From a virus: a stretch of DNA of 19,472 nucleotides. Position 1 is the stretch's first letter. The number at the start of each line of letters is the position of its first letter. The translations under genes were made by a program, and so were the position numbers. The stretch is from UHGV virus genome UHGV-0294315, one strand, 5' to 3'. The notes beneath the pieces were generated by a model. That model saw nothing but the letters and a program-made list of their open reading frames with translations, was not told where the DNA came from and searched no databases. Positions 1 through 7,103 of the stretch are shown here, one piece after another.

Positions 1-147
1 AATGTCTAACTTGAGTTGGCGGATGATTTGCTGAACGTCTTTTCGGTATTTCTGGCCTTTATCGCTGATGTAGTATTGGCTTCCCCGTCTTCGCCAGTAG
101 GTGTTCACCGACGGCGGGTATGGAAGCACAAACTGATATTCATTCAT
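1..147 (-). CDS. rusA: Holliday junction resolvase RusA family, N-terminal part only (gene runs off the left edge)
   Basis: Reverse-strand translation from ATG at 147 gives MNEYQFVLPYPPSVNTYWRRRGSQYYISDKGQKYRKDVQQIIRQLKLDI, matching the RusA N-terminal LPxPPSxNxYW motif. Start overlaps the ybcO-like stop (ATGA). Not in the ORF track because it is truncated. Confidence 0.6.
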   Translation of the reverse strand, partial: MNEYQFVLPYPPSVNTYWRRRGSQYYISDKGQKYRKDVQQIIRQLKLDI

Positions 148-434
148 GGCTTAATCTTCCCCTCCTTCAGCAGTATCGCCTGCGTCCTGATCACGCCTTC
201 GAGGTGGTAAAGTCTGGCGTCTTTGTTGTCGAGATTATGGGTGCGTCGGTCGATTTCATCGTGACACGCGCTACAAGCCCATGCGCCGATCAGGTCGTCA
301 GGCTTCATTCCCGTTCCGCAAATTCCAGCCATCCGGTAATGTGCCAGAACTGTAGTTTCAGGATTACCATTGCATACGCCGTAAATACGTACCTGACATT
401 CTCTGCCGCGCGCTTCTTTGCGTAGGTTAGCCAT
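144..434 (-). CDS. ybcO: YbcO-like nin-region protein (DUF1364 family, Cys-rich putative nuclease)
   Basis: 96-aa ORF MANLRKEARGRECQVRIYGVCNGNPETTVLAH...ACSACHDEIDRR, close to the DLP12 YbcO sequence as remembered. Position upstream of rusA matches the DLP12 gene order. Confidence 0.7.
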   Translation of the reverse strand: MANLRKEARGRECQVRIYGVCNGNPETTVLAHYRMAGICGTGMKPDDLIGAWACSACHDEIDRRTHNLDNKDARLYHLEGVIRTQAILLKEGKIKP

Positions 435-703
435 TATGGTTCACTCCAGTAATTCTCAATTGCAGCAGCCATTCTCTGCATCCACTCAGCCAGCTTTAAC
501 GCGGCTTCTCTTTCAGAACCACATTTAGGGAAATCCTTCATTTCCATGCTGGCCTTATATGTTCTGAATGCCAGGTCTCCGGTAATAACCAGCTCCTGAT
601 CAAGCACAGAGCGTTTATTCCGGTGTTGAACGTAATAGACAGATTCAGTCCGCATTTCTTCTCTGTCTTTTTTGAAGGAAATAAGCTCAGAGAAATCACT
701 CAT
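434..703 (-). CDS. nin-region hypothetical protein (89 aa)
   Basis: Intact ORF translationally coupled on both sides (start overlaps ninF stop, stop overlaps ybcO-like start). No family recognised. Confidence 0.55.
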   Translation of the reverse strand: MSDFSELISFKKDREEMRTESVYYVQHRNKRSVLDQELVITGDLAFRTYKASMEMKDFPKCGSEREAALKLAEWMQRMAAAIENYWSEP

Positions 704-866
704 CGTCTTCTTCCTCGAACATTGAGCTATTCGGATCGCTCATCAGTTCTGCGCAGCAATCGGAGCACACGTGAACTTCAAGCACATGCAGCTTCTGACC
801 GCAGTTAGCGCACGTTAAAGCTCGCTCGACGCTTTCTTGTTCGTAACTTCGATTTTGGTCAATCAC
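696..866 (-). CDS. ninF: NinF
   Basis: Manual reverse translation gives [56 protein letters not shown], near-identical to lambda NinF as remembered. GTG start overlaps the ninE stop (GTGA). Below the 60-aa cutoff, so absent from the ORF track. Confidence 0.75.
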   Translation of the reverse strand: MIDQNRSYEQESVERALTCANCGQKLHVLEVHVCSDCCAELMSDPNSSMFEEEDDE

Positions 867-1045
867 CTTGTTTTCCTCGCACGTTCTCTAAGCCACCGGA
901 TATCCCACAGGTGAGCTGTGTAATTGAAGGTTTTTACGTCAGATTCTTTTGGGATTGGCTTGCGTTTATTTCTGGAGCGTTTCGTTGGAAGGTAATTGCA
1001 GTTTTCGCAGATTATGTCGGTGAAACTTCGTCGCTGTCGTCTCAT
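863..1045 (-). CDS. ninE: NinE
   Basis: [60 protein letters not shown] matches lambda/DLP12 NinE. Start taken at the internal ATG (1045), which overlaps the upstream stop as ATGA. Confidence 0.8.
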   Translation of the reverse strand: MRRQRRSFTDIICENCNYLPTKRSRNKRKPIPKESDVKTFNYTAHLWDIRWLRERARKTR

Positions 1046-1644
1046 GCCGCCCTGTCTCCCCATCGCGCTTTCATTGTTTCATTTGCAAATCGCCAGAATC
1101 TTCCTTTGTGATATGAGCTTTCGCCATTACAGCAACGACTAATTGACGAACTATCAAATCCTTCTCTGACAGCATCCATAGCTGCTTCATAATAAACCTC
1201 CTCCCCAGTTTTCATGTCAGTAGAAATAACAGCTTTACTGGCAGGATGATCACCACTAAATTTACCTAGCGATATAGGTATTCTTCCATTTTGTTTATAT
1301 CCGTGCTTTGAGTTTTCAGAATGTGATACCCATTCAAGGTTTTCAGCCCTATTGTCATCTCTTTGCCCATTTTTGTGATTAACTACCAAGCCATCACAGA
1401 ACCCTGTACAGAATGCTTTCGCAACTATCCTGTGGGCGCTGTATTTCTTACCGTATACCTTTATTTGAAGATATCCTGTCGACTTGCACTTGAATGGTTT
1501 TACGCTAGTGCCATTAATTATTTTCTTATATGGCCTCTGTCTGGTTGATGTTACTGTAATTTCCCTCGTAATAGACCTGAAATTCCCTTTATTGCTAACC
1601 TGATAAAATGGAATTCCTTCGATATCTACCCAAACCTCAATCAT
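1042..1644 (-). CDS. HNH homing-endonuclease-like protein (NUMOD4-like N-terminus plus HNH_3-type motif), C-terminal tail derived from a ninB 3' end
   Basis: N-terminus [17 protein letters not shown] (NUMOD4-like); [21 protein letters not shown]...[28 protein letters not shown] (HNH_3-like). Last residues [12 protein letters not shown] match the lambda NinB C-terminus. Strong RBS GGAGGA upstream; start overlaps ninB stop. Confidence 0.7.
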   Translation of the reverse strand: MIEVWVDIEGIPFYQVSNKGNFRSITREITVTSTRQRPYKKIINGTSVKPFKCKSTGYLQIKVYGKKYSAHRIVAKAFCTGFCDGLVVNHKNGQRDDNRAENLEWVSHSENSKHGYKQNGRIPISLGKFSGDHPASKAVISTDMKTGEEVYYEAAMDAVREGFDSSSISRCCNGESSYHKGRFWRFANETMKARWGDRAA

Positions 1645-2053
1645 AATTCCTCCATTCGCTAAGATGAATTGAGTTCATGGCACAATATGCTTCTATGTAG
1701 TCCATTATTTCGGATATTTTTTTTACAGATAGAGTCGCCGTACTCTCTCTGATGTTTATTATCTCACCTTCTAACCCTGATATAATCTCAGGGTGCTGGT
1801 TGGTTGCAATCTGCCAACCAGAAACGAATAACCCCTTCCAAAACTCAATATTTCTTGCTTTTCCATGATATGTAGCCTTCTTACTTATTTCAGATAGCAT
1901 CGCGTGAAGGCGTGCATTTTGCCGAATGCTGCGGTTGCGCTCCTGAATGATCACTACGATTGGTTTGGTTGGGTCTGGAAGGATTTGCTGTACTGCGTGA
2001 ATAGCGTTTTGCTGATGTGCTGGAGATCGAATTTCAAAGGTCAGTTTTTTCAT
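1637..2053 (-). CDS. ninB: NinB (Orf-family recombination mediator)
   Basis: MKKLTFEIRSPAHQQNAIHAVQQILPDPTKPIVVIIQERNRS matches the lambda NinB N-terminus almost exactly; C-terminal half is divergent. Start placed at ATG 2053 after RBS GGGAGAGGG, not at the track's upstream extension (2071). Confidence 0.8.
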   Translation of the reverse strand: MKKLTFEIRSPAHQQNAIHAVQQILPDPTKPIVVIIQERNRSIRQNARLHAMLSEISKKATYHGKARNIEFWKGLFVSGWQIATNQHPEIISGLEGEIINIRESTATLSVKKISEIMDYIEAYCAMNSIHLSEWRNYD

Positions 2054-2069
2054 GACTTCCCTCTCCCCC

Positions 2070-2101
2070 AAATAAAAAGGCCTGCGATTACCAGCAGGCC
2101 T
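2070..2101 (-). terminator. Intrinsic terminator between the helicase gene and ninB (tR2-equivalent position)
   Basis: On the minus strand: AGGCCTGC-TGGTAATC-GCAGGCCT hairpin (8-bp GC-rich stem) followed by TTTTTATTT, immediately upstream of the ninB RBS. Confidence 0.6.
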
Positions 2102-2126
2102 GTTATTAGCTCAGTGATGTAGATGG

Positions 2127-3503
2127 TCATACGTCAGCCCCTTGTGCATATCGTCTGCCACGCGCAGCAGGTGCATTTGATGATGTGCAAATCTGTCTGG
2201 CTTCATCCTGGTCACAGGCAACAAAGTGTCCGTTGCAGAACCGCTGGTAAACCGTACCAAGCGAGCCAAAACGGTTTTTCGTTACGATGATTTCAGCAAA
2301 TGGCGCGGCGCTACTGTTCTCGTCATATACCGCTTCCCGATAGAGCATGATGATTGAGTCTGCGTCCTGTTCAATGCTTCCTGAATCACGCAAATCTGCG
2401 TTTGTCGGGCGTTTGTTTGGTCGCTTCTCAACATCGCGCGAAAGCTGACTCAGGGAGATAACCGGTGTTTTCAGGTCTTTCGCCATCGCCTTCAGGCTTC
2501 CGGAGATGTGAGCAATTGCGAGGTCGTTGCGGTCTGCTTTCGGCTTCTCAATCAGGCCAAGATAATCCACCATGATTAGTGACAGGTTTGGATTTTCCTG
2601 TTTGTGCCGCTCTGCAATTGAGCGAATTTCTTCGACCGATAACCGCGAGGCATCGACTACCCATACATCCAAATCTGCAAGCTGACTCATGCCGTTAGCA
2701 ACACGCGCCCAGCCTTCGTCATCCATCGATGCAGGATTTCGCAGCACGCTAACCGACATCCTCCCGGCGTTGGCAATACTTCGCTCTGCAATCTGCAATG
2801 CGCTCATTTCCATTGAGAAAATCAATACCCCGCGCCGGACGTCAGAACCAGGAATAACGCGGCTTGCAACGCCTTCGGCAATCTTAAGCGCCAGTTCGGT
2901 TTTCCCCATACCAGGACGAGCAGCGATTATCACAAAGTCTTCTGCGTTCATCCCTCCGGTGATGGCATCAAGTTCTTCGATTCCGGTCTTCAGGGTATCT
3001 GACTCTTCTCCGTTCCTCAGACGCCTGTCAAGCGTGTCAGTGTAGTCAGTGATGATTTCCCCTAACCGCACCGGTTTAACCTCGTCACGGGGCTTTCTGA
3101 TGGCTGAGAGACGCTTTACAAGCTCATCCATCGCCTGACTCGATGCGTCGATGGTTCCGCTCCGAATTGGTTCACGCATTTCATCCATGATTTCCAGCAC
3201 CAGACGGCGGTGATAGTTATCCGCGACCATTCCGGCATATCCCTTCAGGTTTGCGGCACTCGGGCAGTTTTTGCTGGTCATCAGGATTGACGTGAAATGC
3301 TCCTCTCCGCACGCCTCGGCAACCATCAGCGCGTCGATTAGGTTTCTGTTTCTCGCCTGCTTGCGGATAACCTCGAAGGCTTTCCGGTAGAGCGGAATTG
3401 AAAACGCTTCCGGCTCAAGCGTTGCCAGAACGTCACTGGCAGTCGGTGTTAATCCACCAATCAGCAGGCCACCGATAACGCTCGCTTCGATATCCTGTCT
3501 CAT
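2127..3503 (-). CDS. Replicative DNA helicase, DnaB family (phage-encoded, P22 gene 12-like)
   Basis: 458 aa with DnaB N-terminal domain, Walker A ARPGMGKT, and the SLSQLSR motif. Start overlaps the O-like stop (ATGA). Confidence 0.85.
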   Translation of the reverse strand: MRQDIEASVIGGLLIGGLTPTASDVLATLEPEAFSIPLYRKAFEVIRKQARNRNLIDALMVAEACGEEHFTSILMTSKNCPSAANLKGYAGMVADNYHRRLVLEIMDEMREPIRSGTIDASSQAMDELVKRLSAIRKPRDEVKPVRLGEIITDYTDTLDRRLRNGEESDTLKTGIEELDAITGGMNAEDFVIIAARPGMGKTELALKIAEGVASRVIPGSDVRRGVLIFSMEMSALQIAERSIANAGRMSVSVLRNPASMDDEGWARVANGMSQLADLDVWVVDASRLSVEEIRSIAERHKQENPNLSLIMVDYLGLIEKPKADRNDLAIAHISGSLKAMAKDLKTPVISLSQLSRDVEKRPNKRPTNADLRDSGSIEQDADSIIMLYREAVYDENSSAAPFAEIIVTKNRFGSLGTVYQRFCNGHFVACDQDEARQICTSSNAPAARGRRYAQGADV

Positions 3504-4447
3504 GCAATCCCCCTGTCTGCAAACTTCCCTTCCCGAACTCCCGTTAACGAATCTTCCCTCAGCAGGTAATCAAAATCTGCCGTCCAGCCCGTGTCGTTGT
3601 CTCCGAAGTAAAACGGCTTGGCCTGATGCACAAACGCCCTGACATACGCTCTGAAACCGTCCACGTTTGGCGTTTTCAGTTGCGGGATGATTTTCTTCAG
3701 GCGGCGTTTGCGTTTCTCGTTGACCGCAACAGCGTGTGGCAGTCTGTCACCGACTTCGGTGTTGTAGGCGTTCAGGAAGGATTCGTAGTCGATTCGTTCT
3801 GCCTTGCGACGTTCAGGTTTAACCTGCCCATCGCCGCCCCCATTGGGGGGTAGGGGGGTATTATTTATATTCTTGTTAATACCTTCTTGTTCATGATGTG
3901 CGGTTGTTTGTGCGGCTTCATGTGCGCTTTCATGTGCGGCATGTACGCTGAAAGCCGCGCCATTACTGGCTTCATCATGTGCGGCATCATGTGCGGTTGT
4001 TTGTGCGGCTTCATGTGCGGGTGAATTGTCCATTTTTTGAGCGTATTCATGATAATTTGTGATGGTGATCACACGACCTTTTTGCTTCTCTCCATCAATG
4101 GAGATCATCCCCTCTTTCACAAAAACCTGAAGCATCCGCTCAACCTGATCACGGCTTGCTGGCTTGCCATGTCTGTCGCATAACTGAAGACCTAAATCAG
4201 CTGCTGTCACAACCAGTTGACCGGGTTGCAGATGCCATTCATGACCTTTGAAATTCGCTTTGTATGGCTTTCTGGCGGCATTCAGGAGAAGGTTTTCCCA
4301 CAGGGTGCGAAGATAAACATCTTTCGCCCATGACTGTTTCAGAATGCTCCGGTACAACGGAATGTAACCAGTTTTCTGGTTCTCCATCCTGTTGCTCCTG
4401 CGCTCGTGTGCGGCGCTGAAATCGTAGATTTTTGCTGTATTGCTCAT
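3500..4447 (-). CDS. Replication initiator, lambda O / P22 gene 18-like, with internal origin
   Basis: N-terminus [13 protein letters not shown] resembles lambda O (MTNTAKILNF...). Internal His/Ala-rich peptide repeats are encoded by the DNA iterons. Sits directly upstream of the helicase gene. Confidence 0.75.
   Translation of the reverse strand: MSNTAKIYDFSAAHERRSNRMENQKTGYIPLYRSILKQSWAKDVYLRTLWENLLLNAARKPYKANFKGHEWHLQPGQLVVTAADLGLQLCDRHGKPASRDQVERMLQVFVKEGMISIDGEKQKGRVITITNYHEYAQKMDNSPAHEAAQTTAHDAAHDEASNGAAFSVHAAHESAHEAAQTTAHHEQEGINKNINNTPLPPNGGGDGQVKPERRKAERIDYESFLNAYNTEVGDRLPHAVAVNEKRKRRLKKIIPQLKTPNVDGFRAYVRAFVHQAKPFYFGDNDTGWTADFDYLLREDSLTGVREGKFADRGIA
3859..4021. repeat. Putative origin of replication: iteron array plus AT-rich segment inside the O-like gene
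   Basis: About nine copies of (C/T)ATGTGCGG(C) at 9-12 bp spacing between 3893 and 4021, including a near-identical ~35-bp direct repeat (3892-3926 vs 3986-4021). Adjacent AT-rich stretch 3859-3885 and a G-run at 3845-3858. Confidence 0.6.
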
Positions 4448-4449
4448 AA

Positions 4450-4722
4450 CTACCTGCCTTGACGAAAGACCTTAAGAACATCGTTAAACTGACTTACGGA
4501 TATGTCTTCTTTGAGAAGCTTTTCCAGAAATGCGTTTGGAATGAACGTATATCCCTCCTCTTTTGGTAGAGACGGGAGCAACGCCCTCGCCTCAGCCTTC
4601 AGAAGCTCAGTTCTGGCAACTTTCACAAAAGAGATTTGAGTTCTTTCATCAATGGAACGAAGGAAGCGCAAACGCTTAGCTTCTTTGTGTGTATCAGGTG
4701 GATTAAAGCCTTTGTTTCGCAT
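4450..4722 (-). CDS. Hypothetical 90-aa protein between cII and the O-like gene
   Basis: Start chosen at the internal ATG 4722 (RBS GAGGT, 6-nt spacing); the longer track ORF would overlap cII. Charged, helical-looking sequence MRNKGFNPPDTHKEAKRLRFLRSIDERTQ.... No family recognised. Confidence 0.45.
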   Translation of the reverse strand: MRNKGFNPPDTHKEAKRLRFLRSIDERTQISFVKVARTELLKAEARALLPSLPKEEGYTFIPNAFLEKLLKEDISVSQFNDVLKVFRQGR

Positions 4723-4727
4723 ATAAT

Positions 4728-4797
4728 TACCTCGTTGGATGTTGTTAAAATTCCATTTGTATTTGATCAGAACGCTCGGTTGCCGCCGGGCGTTTTT
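4728..4797 (+). ncRNA. oop: oop-like antisense RNA with intrinsic terminator, overlapping the cII 3' end
   Basis: Plus-strand CGCTCGG-TTGCCG-CCGGGCG hairpin plus TTTTTTATT at 4769-4797 matches the lambda oop terminator as remembered. Possible -10 TATAAT at 4722-4727. The 5' end is approximate. Confidence 0.5.
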
Positions 4798-5038
4798 TAT
4801 TGGTGAGAATCGAAGCAACTTGTCGTGCCAATCGAGCCATATCGTCGTCAACGACGCCCCATTCAAGAACAGCAAGCAGCATTGAGAACTTTGGAATCCA
4901 GTCCCTCTTCCACCTGCTGATCTGCGACTTATCAACGCCCACAGCTTCCGCTGTCTTCTCAGTTCCAAGCATTGCGATTTTGTTAAGCAACGCACTCTCG
5001 ATTCTTAGAGCCTCGTTGCGTTTGTTTGCACGAACCAT
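4745..5038 (-). CDS. cII: Transcriptional activator CII
   Basis: From the internal ATG: MVRANKRNEALRIESALLNKIAMLGTEKTAEAVGVDKSQISRWKRDWIPKFSMLLAVLEWGVVDDDMARLARQVASILTNKKRPAATERSDQIQMEF, essentially lambda CII (97 aa). The track's 5' extension to 5125 is not used. Confidence 0.9.
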   Translation of the reverse strand: MVRANKRNEALRIESALLNKIAMLGTEKTAEAVGVDKSQISRWKRDWIPKFSMLLAVLEWGVVDDDMARLARQVASILTNKKRPAATERSDQIQMEF

Positions 5039-5096
5039 ATGTAAGTATTTCCTTAACAAATAAGAAGTTATGCGCACCAACTGATGCGCGTTGTAT

Positions 5097-5140
5097 TCCC
5101 GCATTTCGGCGGGAATGAGGACCATGACTGTTAAAGAGCG
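5097..5140 (-). promoter_or_regulatory. nutR-like site (boxA plus boxB hairpin) between cro and cII
   Basis: On the minus strand: CGCTCTTTAACA (boxA, rrn-like), then 14 nt, then TCCCGC-CGAAAT-GCGGGA hairpin. The same boxA/boxB pair recurs at nutL. Confidence 0.55.
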
Positions 5141-5146
5141 GTGTTA

Positions 5147-5341
5147 CTATTTGTTTTTCTTGTTGCTTGGGAAAGGACGAACTTCCTCTCCAATCACACT
5201 GCCATCAGGCTTTACCGTAACCATAATGTTACGGCCTGCCAGAATGGCCTTGCTGATAGCGCACTGGATTACACCAAAGTCACTGGCTGCTTTAGCCTGT
5301 CCATGGATTTTGGCGTAATCGGCAAGTGTCATTCGAATCAT
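5147..5341 (-). CDS. cro: Cro repressor
   Basis: [64 protein letters not shown] aligns with lambda Cro along its length. Start chosen at ATG 5341, which sits 6 nt after GGAGA; the track's GTG at 5347 abuts the RBS. Confidence 0.8.
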   Translation of the reverse strand: MIRMTLADYAKIHGQAKAASDFGVIQCAISKAILAGRNIMVTVKPDGSVIGEEVRPFPSNKKNK

Positions 5342-5371
5342 ATGCACTCTCCGTTATTAACCATGAACAAA

Positions 5372-5437
5372 GAATACTACAGGTATTCAAAGCAATCAAT
5401 ACTCAGGGTATTTTTAGTTTAAGTACCTTAGCTATTA
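5372..5437. promoter_or_regulatory. OR operator cluster (three sites) with divergent PR/PRM
   Basis: GAATAC-TACAG-GTATTC (5372-5388, perfect), CAATAC-TCAGG-GTATTT (5397-5413), and a weaker AAGTAC-CTTAG-CTATTA (5421-5437). Centre spacing 25 and 24 bp, between divergent cro and cI. Confidence 0.6.
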
Positions 5438-5447
5438 GAATTAAGCT

Positions 5448-6164
5448 ATGGAAAATAAAAAATCACTGACGACAGAACAGCTCGAAGACGCTAAGCGGCT
5501 TAAGGCTTTGTATGAGTCAAAAAAGAAAGAATTGGGAATAACCCAATACTCAATCGCTGATGAACTGGGTATCACCCAAGGAGCGGTAGGGCATTATCTT
5601 AATGGCAGAAACGCGCTAAACGTTGAGGTCGCATCTGGTTTTGCACGTTTGTTGCAAGTCTCAATTGCTGATTTTAGCCAGTCAATTGCTGCCAAGGTTG
5701 CAGAACAGGCAGAAAGCCTTAAGAGCGATGCCAACGTAAGGTATGCAGGGGAATACAGAGCAGGAAAGAGGTATCCGGTGTTAAGCAGTATCCAGGCTGG
5801 CTCGTGGTGTGAAGCATGCGAACCATACACCATTAAAGACATAGATGTTTGGCTTGAGTCTGACGCGCATATTCAAGGCAATGCGTTCTGGCTTAAAGTG
5901 GAAGGTGATTCAATGACGGCACCGGTTGGGTTAAGCATTCCAGAGGGAACATTCGTTCTTTTCGATACCGGAAGGGAGGCGATCAACGGCAGCCTGGTCA
6001 TAGCAAAACTTTCTGACTCTAACGAAGCAACATTCAAGAAGCTGATAATCGACGGCGGAAATAAATACCTCAAGGGACTTAACCCTGCATGGCCTCTCGT
6101 GCCAATCAATGGAAACTGCAAGATTATAGGCGTTGCAATTGAGACAAAACTAAGGCTGGTTTGA
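5448..6164 (+). CDS. cI: CI-type prophage repressor (HTH N-terminal domain plus S24 LexA-like autocleavage domain)
   Basis: N-terminus LTTEQLEDAKRLKALYESKKKELGITQ resembles lambda CI; C-terminus FWLKVEGDSMTAPVGLSIPEG...ATFKKL...NGNCKIIGV resembles lambda CI / P22 C2. No Shine-Dalgarno upstream, consistent with a leaderless PRM transcript. Confidence 0.9.
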   Translation: MENKKSLTTEQLEDAKRLKALYESKKKELGITQYSIADELGITQGAVGHYLNGRNALNVEVASGFARLLQVSIADFSQSIAAKVAEQAESLKSDANVRYAGEYRAGKRYPVLSSIQAGSWCEACEPYTIKDIDVWLESDAHIQGNAFWLKVEGDSMTAPVGLSIPEGTFVLFDTGREAINGSLVIAKLSDSNEATFKKLIIDGGNKYLKGLNPAWPLVPINGNCKIIGVAIETKLRLV

Positions 6165-6183
6165 TCACGCAAGGGGGACGCTT

Positions 6184-6552
6184 ATGGTTGGAACCGCTAT
6201 AGCAAGCTTTTTTGGGATGTTGGCAATCTCAACAATTTACGGCTTAGCGCATGCTTTTATTGCGAAATCTCTATCAGAAAAAATAAGCCAGGCTTGGGCG
6301 CATAGATCAGCTCGTTTCATGATTCTAGTGGTCATAGCAATACAAGGGATATCTGCATTTATCCTCTATGGATCAAGCTTATACCTGTTGTATCAAGGCG
6401 CGACATTTACGCCTTACACCAGTGATTACGGAACTCTATACGATGGTAGTGAAGACATCTCTATGGCTTGGATCGTCTTTGGTTTATCTATGGCCGTGTC
6501 TGTTGTAGCAGACATCATTAAGGTAATTCTCGTCTTAACCTTCGCTGACTAA
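6184..6552 (+). CDS. Small integral membrane protein (122 aa, 3-4 predicted TM helices) co-transcribed with cI, in the rex position
   Basis: RBS AAGGGGGA 6 nt before ATG, 19 nt after the cI stop. Hydrophobic segments (e.g. VGTAIASFFGMLAISTIYGLAHAFIA, FMILVVIAIQGISAFILYGSSLYLLY). No family recognised. Confidence 0.6.
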   Translation: MVGTAIASFFGMLAISTIYGLAHAFIAKSLSEKISQAWAHRSARFMILVVIAIQGISAFILYGSSLYLLYQGATFTPYTSDYGTLYDGSEDISMAWIVFGLSMAVSVVADIIKVILVLTFAD

Positions 6553-6637
6553 CCCATAATCCCGGCAGCAATAGCTATCGGGATCCACTTCACATATCCC
6601 GCATAAAAAGCACTGAACAAGCAGATACCGAAAAAAT

Positions 6638-6724
6638 AAATATCCTTTGTATTCATTTGTTTATCATTATTTCATCAAAAATAAATACCTTGGGTATTTA
6701 CACAATAAAATACCTACAGTATTC
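6638..6724. promoter_or_regulatory. OL operator cluster / pL region
   Basis: AAATAT-CCTTT-GTATTC (6638-6654), AAATAC-CTTGG-GTATTT (6683-6699, perfect), AAATAC-CTACA-GTATTC (6708-6724), the same consensus as OR. Candidate -35 TTTACA at 6697-6702. Confidence 0.55.
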
Positions 6725-6770
6725 TTTAGCCATCAGCAGGACGCTGGTAGCCAAACGGAACAGATTGGCA

Positions 6771-6812
6771 GGCTCTTTAACATTGATGGGATTGTCCCGC
6801 CGAAATGCGGGA
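6771..6812 (+). promoter_or_regulatory. nutL-like site (boxA plus boxB hairpin)
   Basis: GGCTCTTTAACA (boxA) at 6771-6782 followed by the TCCCGC-CGAAAT-GCGGGA hairpin at 6795-6812, the same boxB as nutR. Confidence 0.55.
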
Positions 6813-6983
6813 ACCAAAGAGTAGTTGGCTTTGGGGTGTGGTGAAGGGTTCATGGACGGGAATATGTCGCACGTAAAGCGGCGAGGCCTGCGGGACTATT
6901 GCCGAATTGAAGTCGGACGAAGCGGGTCGAAATGGGTCTCCCACCGACCACACCACCAAAGCTAATCATCTGAGGAACAGAAA

Positions 6984-7103
6984 ATGTTAGACATCATTAC
7001 CAACCCAATTCTCGGTGGTTTAGTTACCACATTCGCCATCGGCTTCGGTTTCACCATCTGGTCTGAAGTAGATGACTGGATGTGGGAACGCAAAAACAAA
7101 TAA
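6984..7103 (+). CDS. Possible 39-aa single-pass membrane peptide in the pL leader
   Basis: RBS GAGGAA 7 nt upstream; MLDIITNPILGGLVTTFAIGFGFTIWSEVDDWMWERKNK has a hydrophobic core and a charged tail. Short, so coding status is uncertain. Confidence 0.35.
   Translation: MLDIITNPILGGLVTTFAIGFGFTIWSEVDDWMWERKNK

Noticed and set aside
16-425. Plus-strand ORFs 16-210 and 120-425
   Set aside because: Both are antisense to the rusA and ybcO-like genes, which have recognisable protein families; the plus-strand ORFs have no RBS and low-complexity content.
3845-4021. Short direct repeats that might suggest a CRISPR array
   Set aside because: Repeat units are only 9-10 bp with 9-12 bp spacing, lie in frame inside a replication initiator gene and have no cas genes nearby; iterons explain them.
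3865-4050. Minus-strand 61-aa ORF rich in His/Met/Pro/Lys ([26 protein letters not shown]...)
   Set aside because: It is the iteron array read in an alternative frame inside the O-like gene; the periodic peptide is an artefact of the DNA repeats.
4450-4995. 181-aa minus-strand ORF overlapping cII
   Set aside because: Its first 91 codons overlap cII in another frame and are Cys/Trp-rich; only the distal 90 aa, starting at an RBS-preceded ATG, are kept, at low confidence.
4745-5125. Track ORF extending cII 29 codons upstream (MVLIPAEMREYNAHQ...)
   Set aside because: The extension would cover the nutR boxB hairpin; lambda CII begins at MVRANK, which is used as the start (5038).
5594-6172. Minus-strand ORFs 5594-5842 and 5873-6172
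   Set aside because: They are antisense to cI, whose identity is well supported.
6553-6637. Possible terminator after the rex-position membrane gene (ATCCCG...CGGGAT inverted repeat)
   Set aside because: The loop is 14 nt and there is no adjacent T-tract, so it was not called as a terminator.
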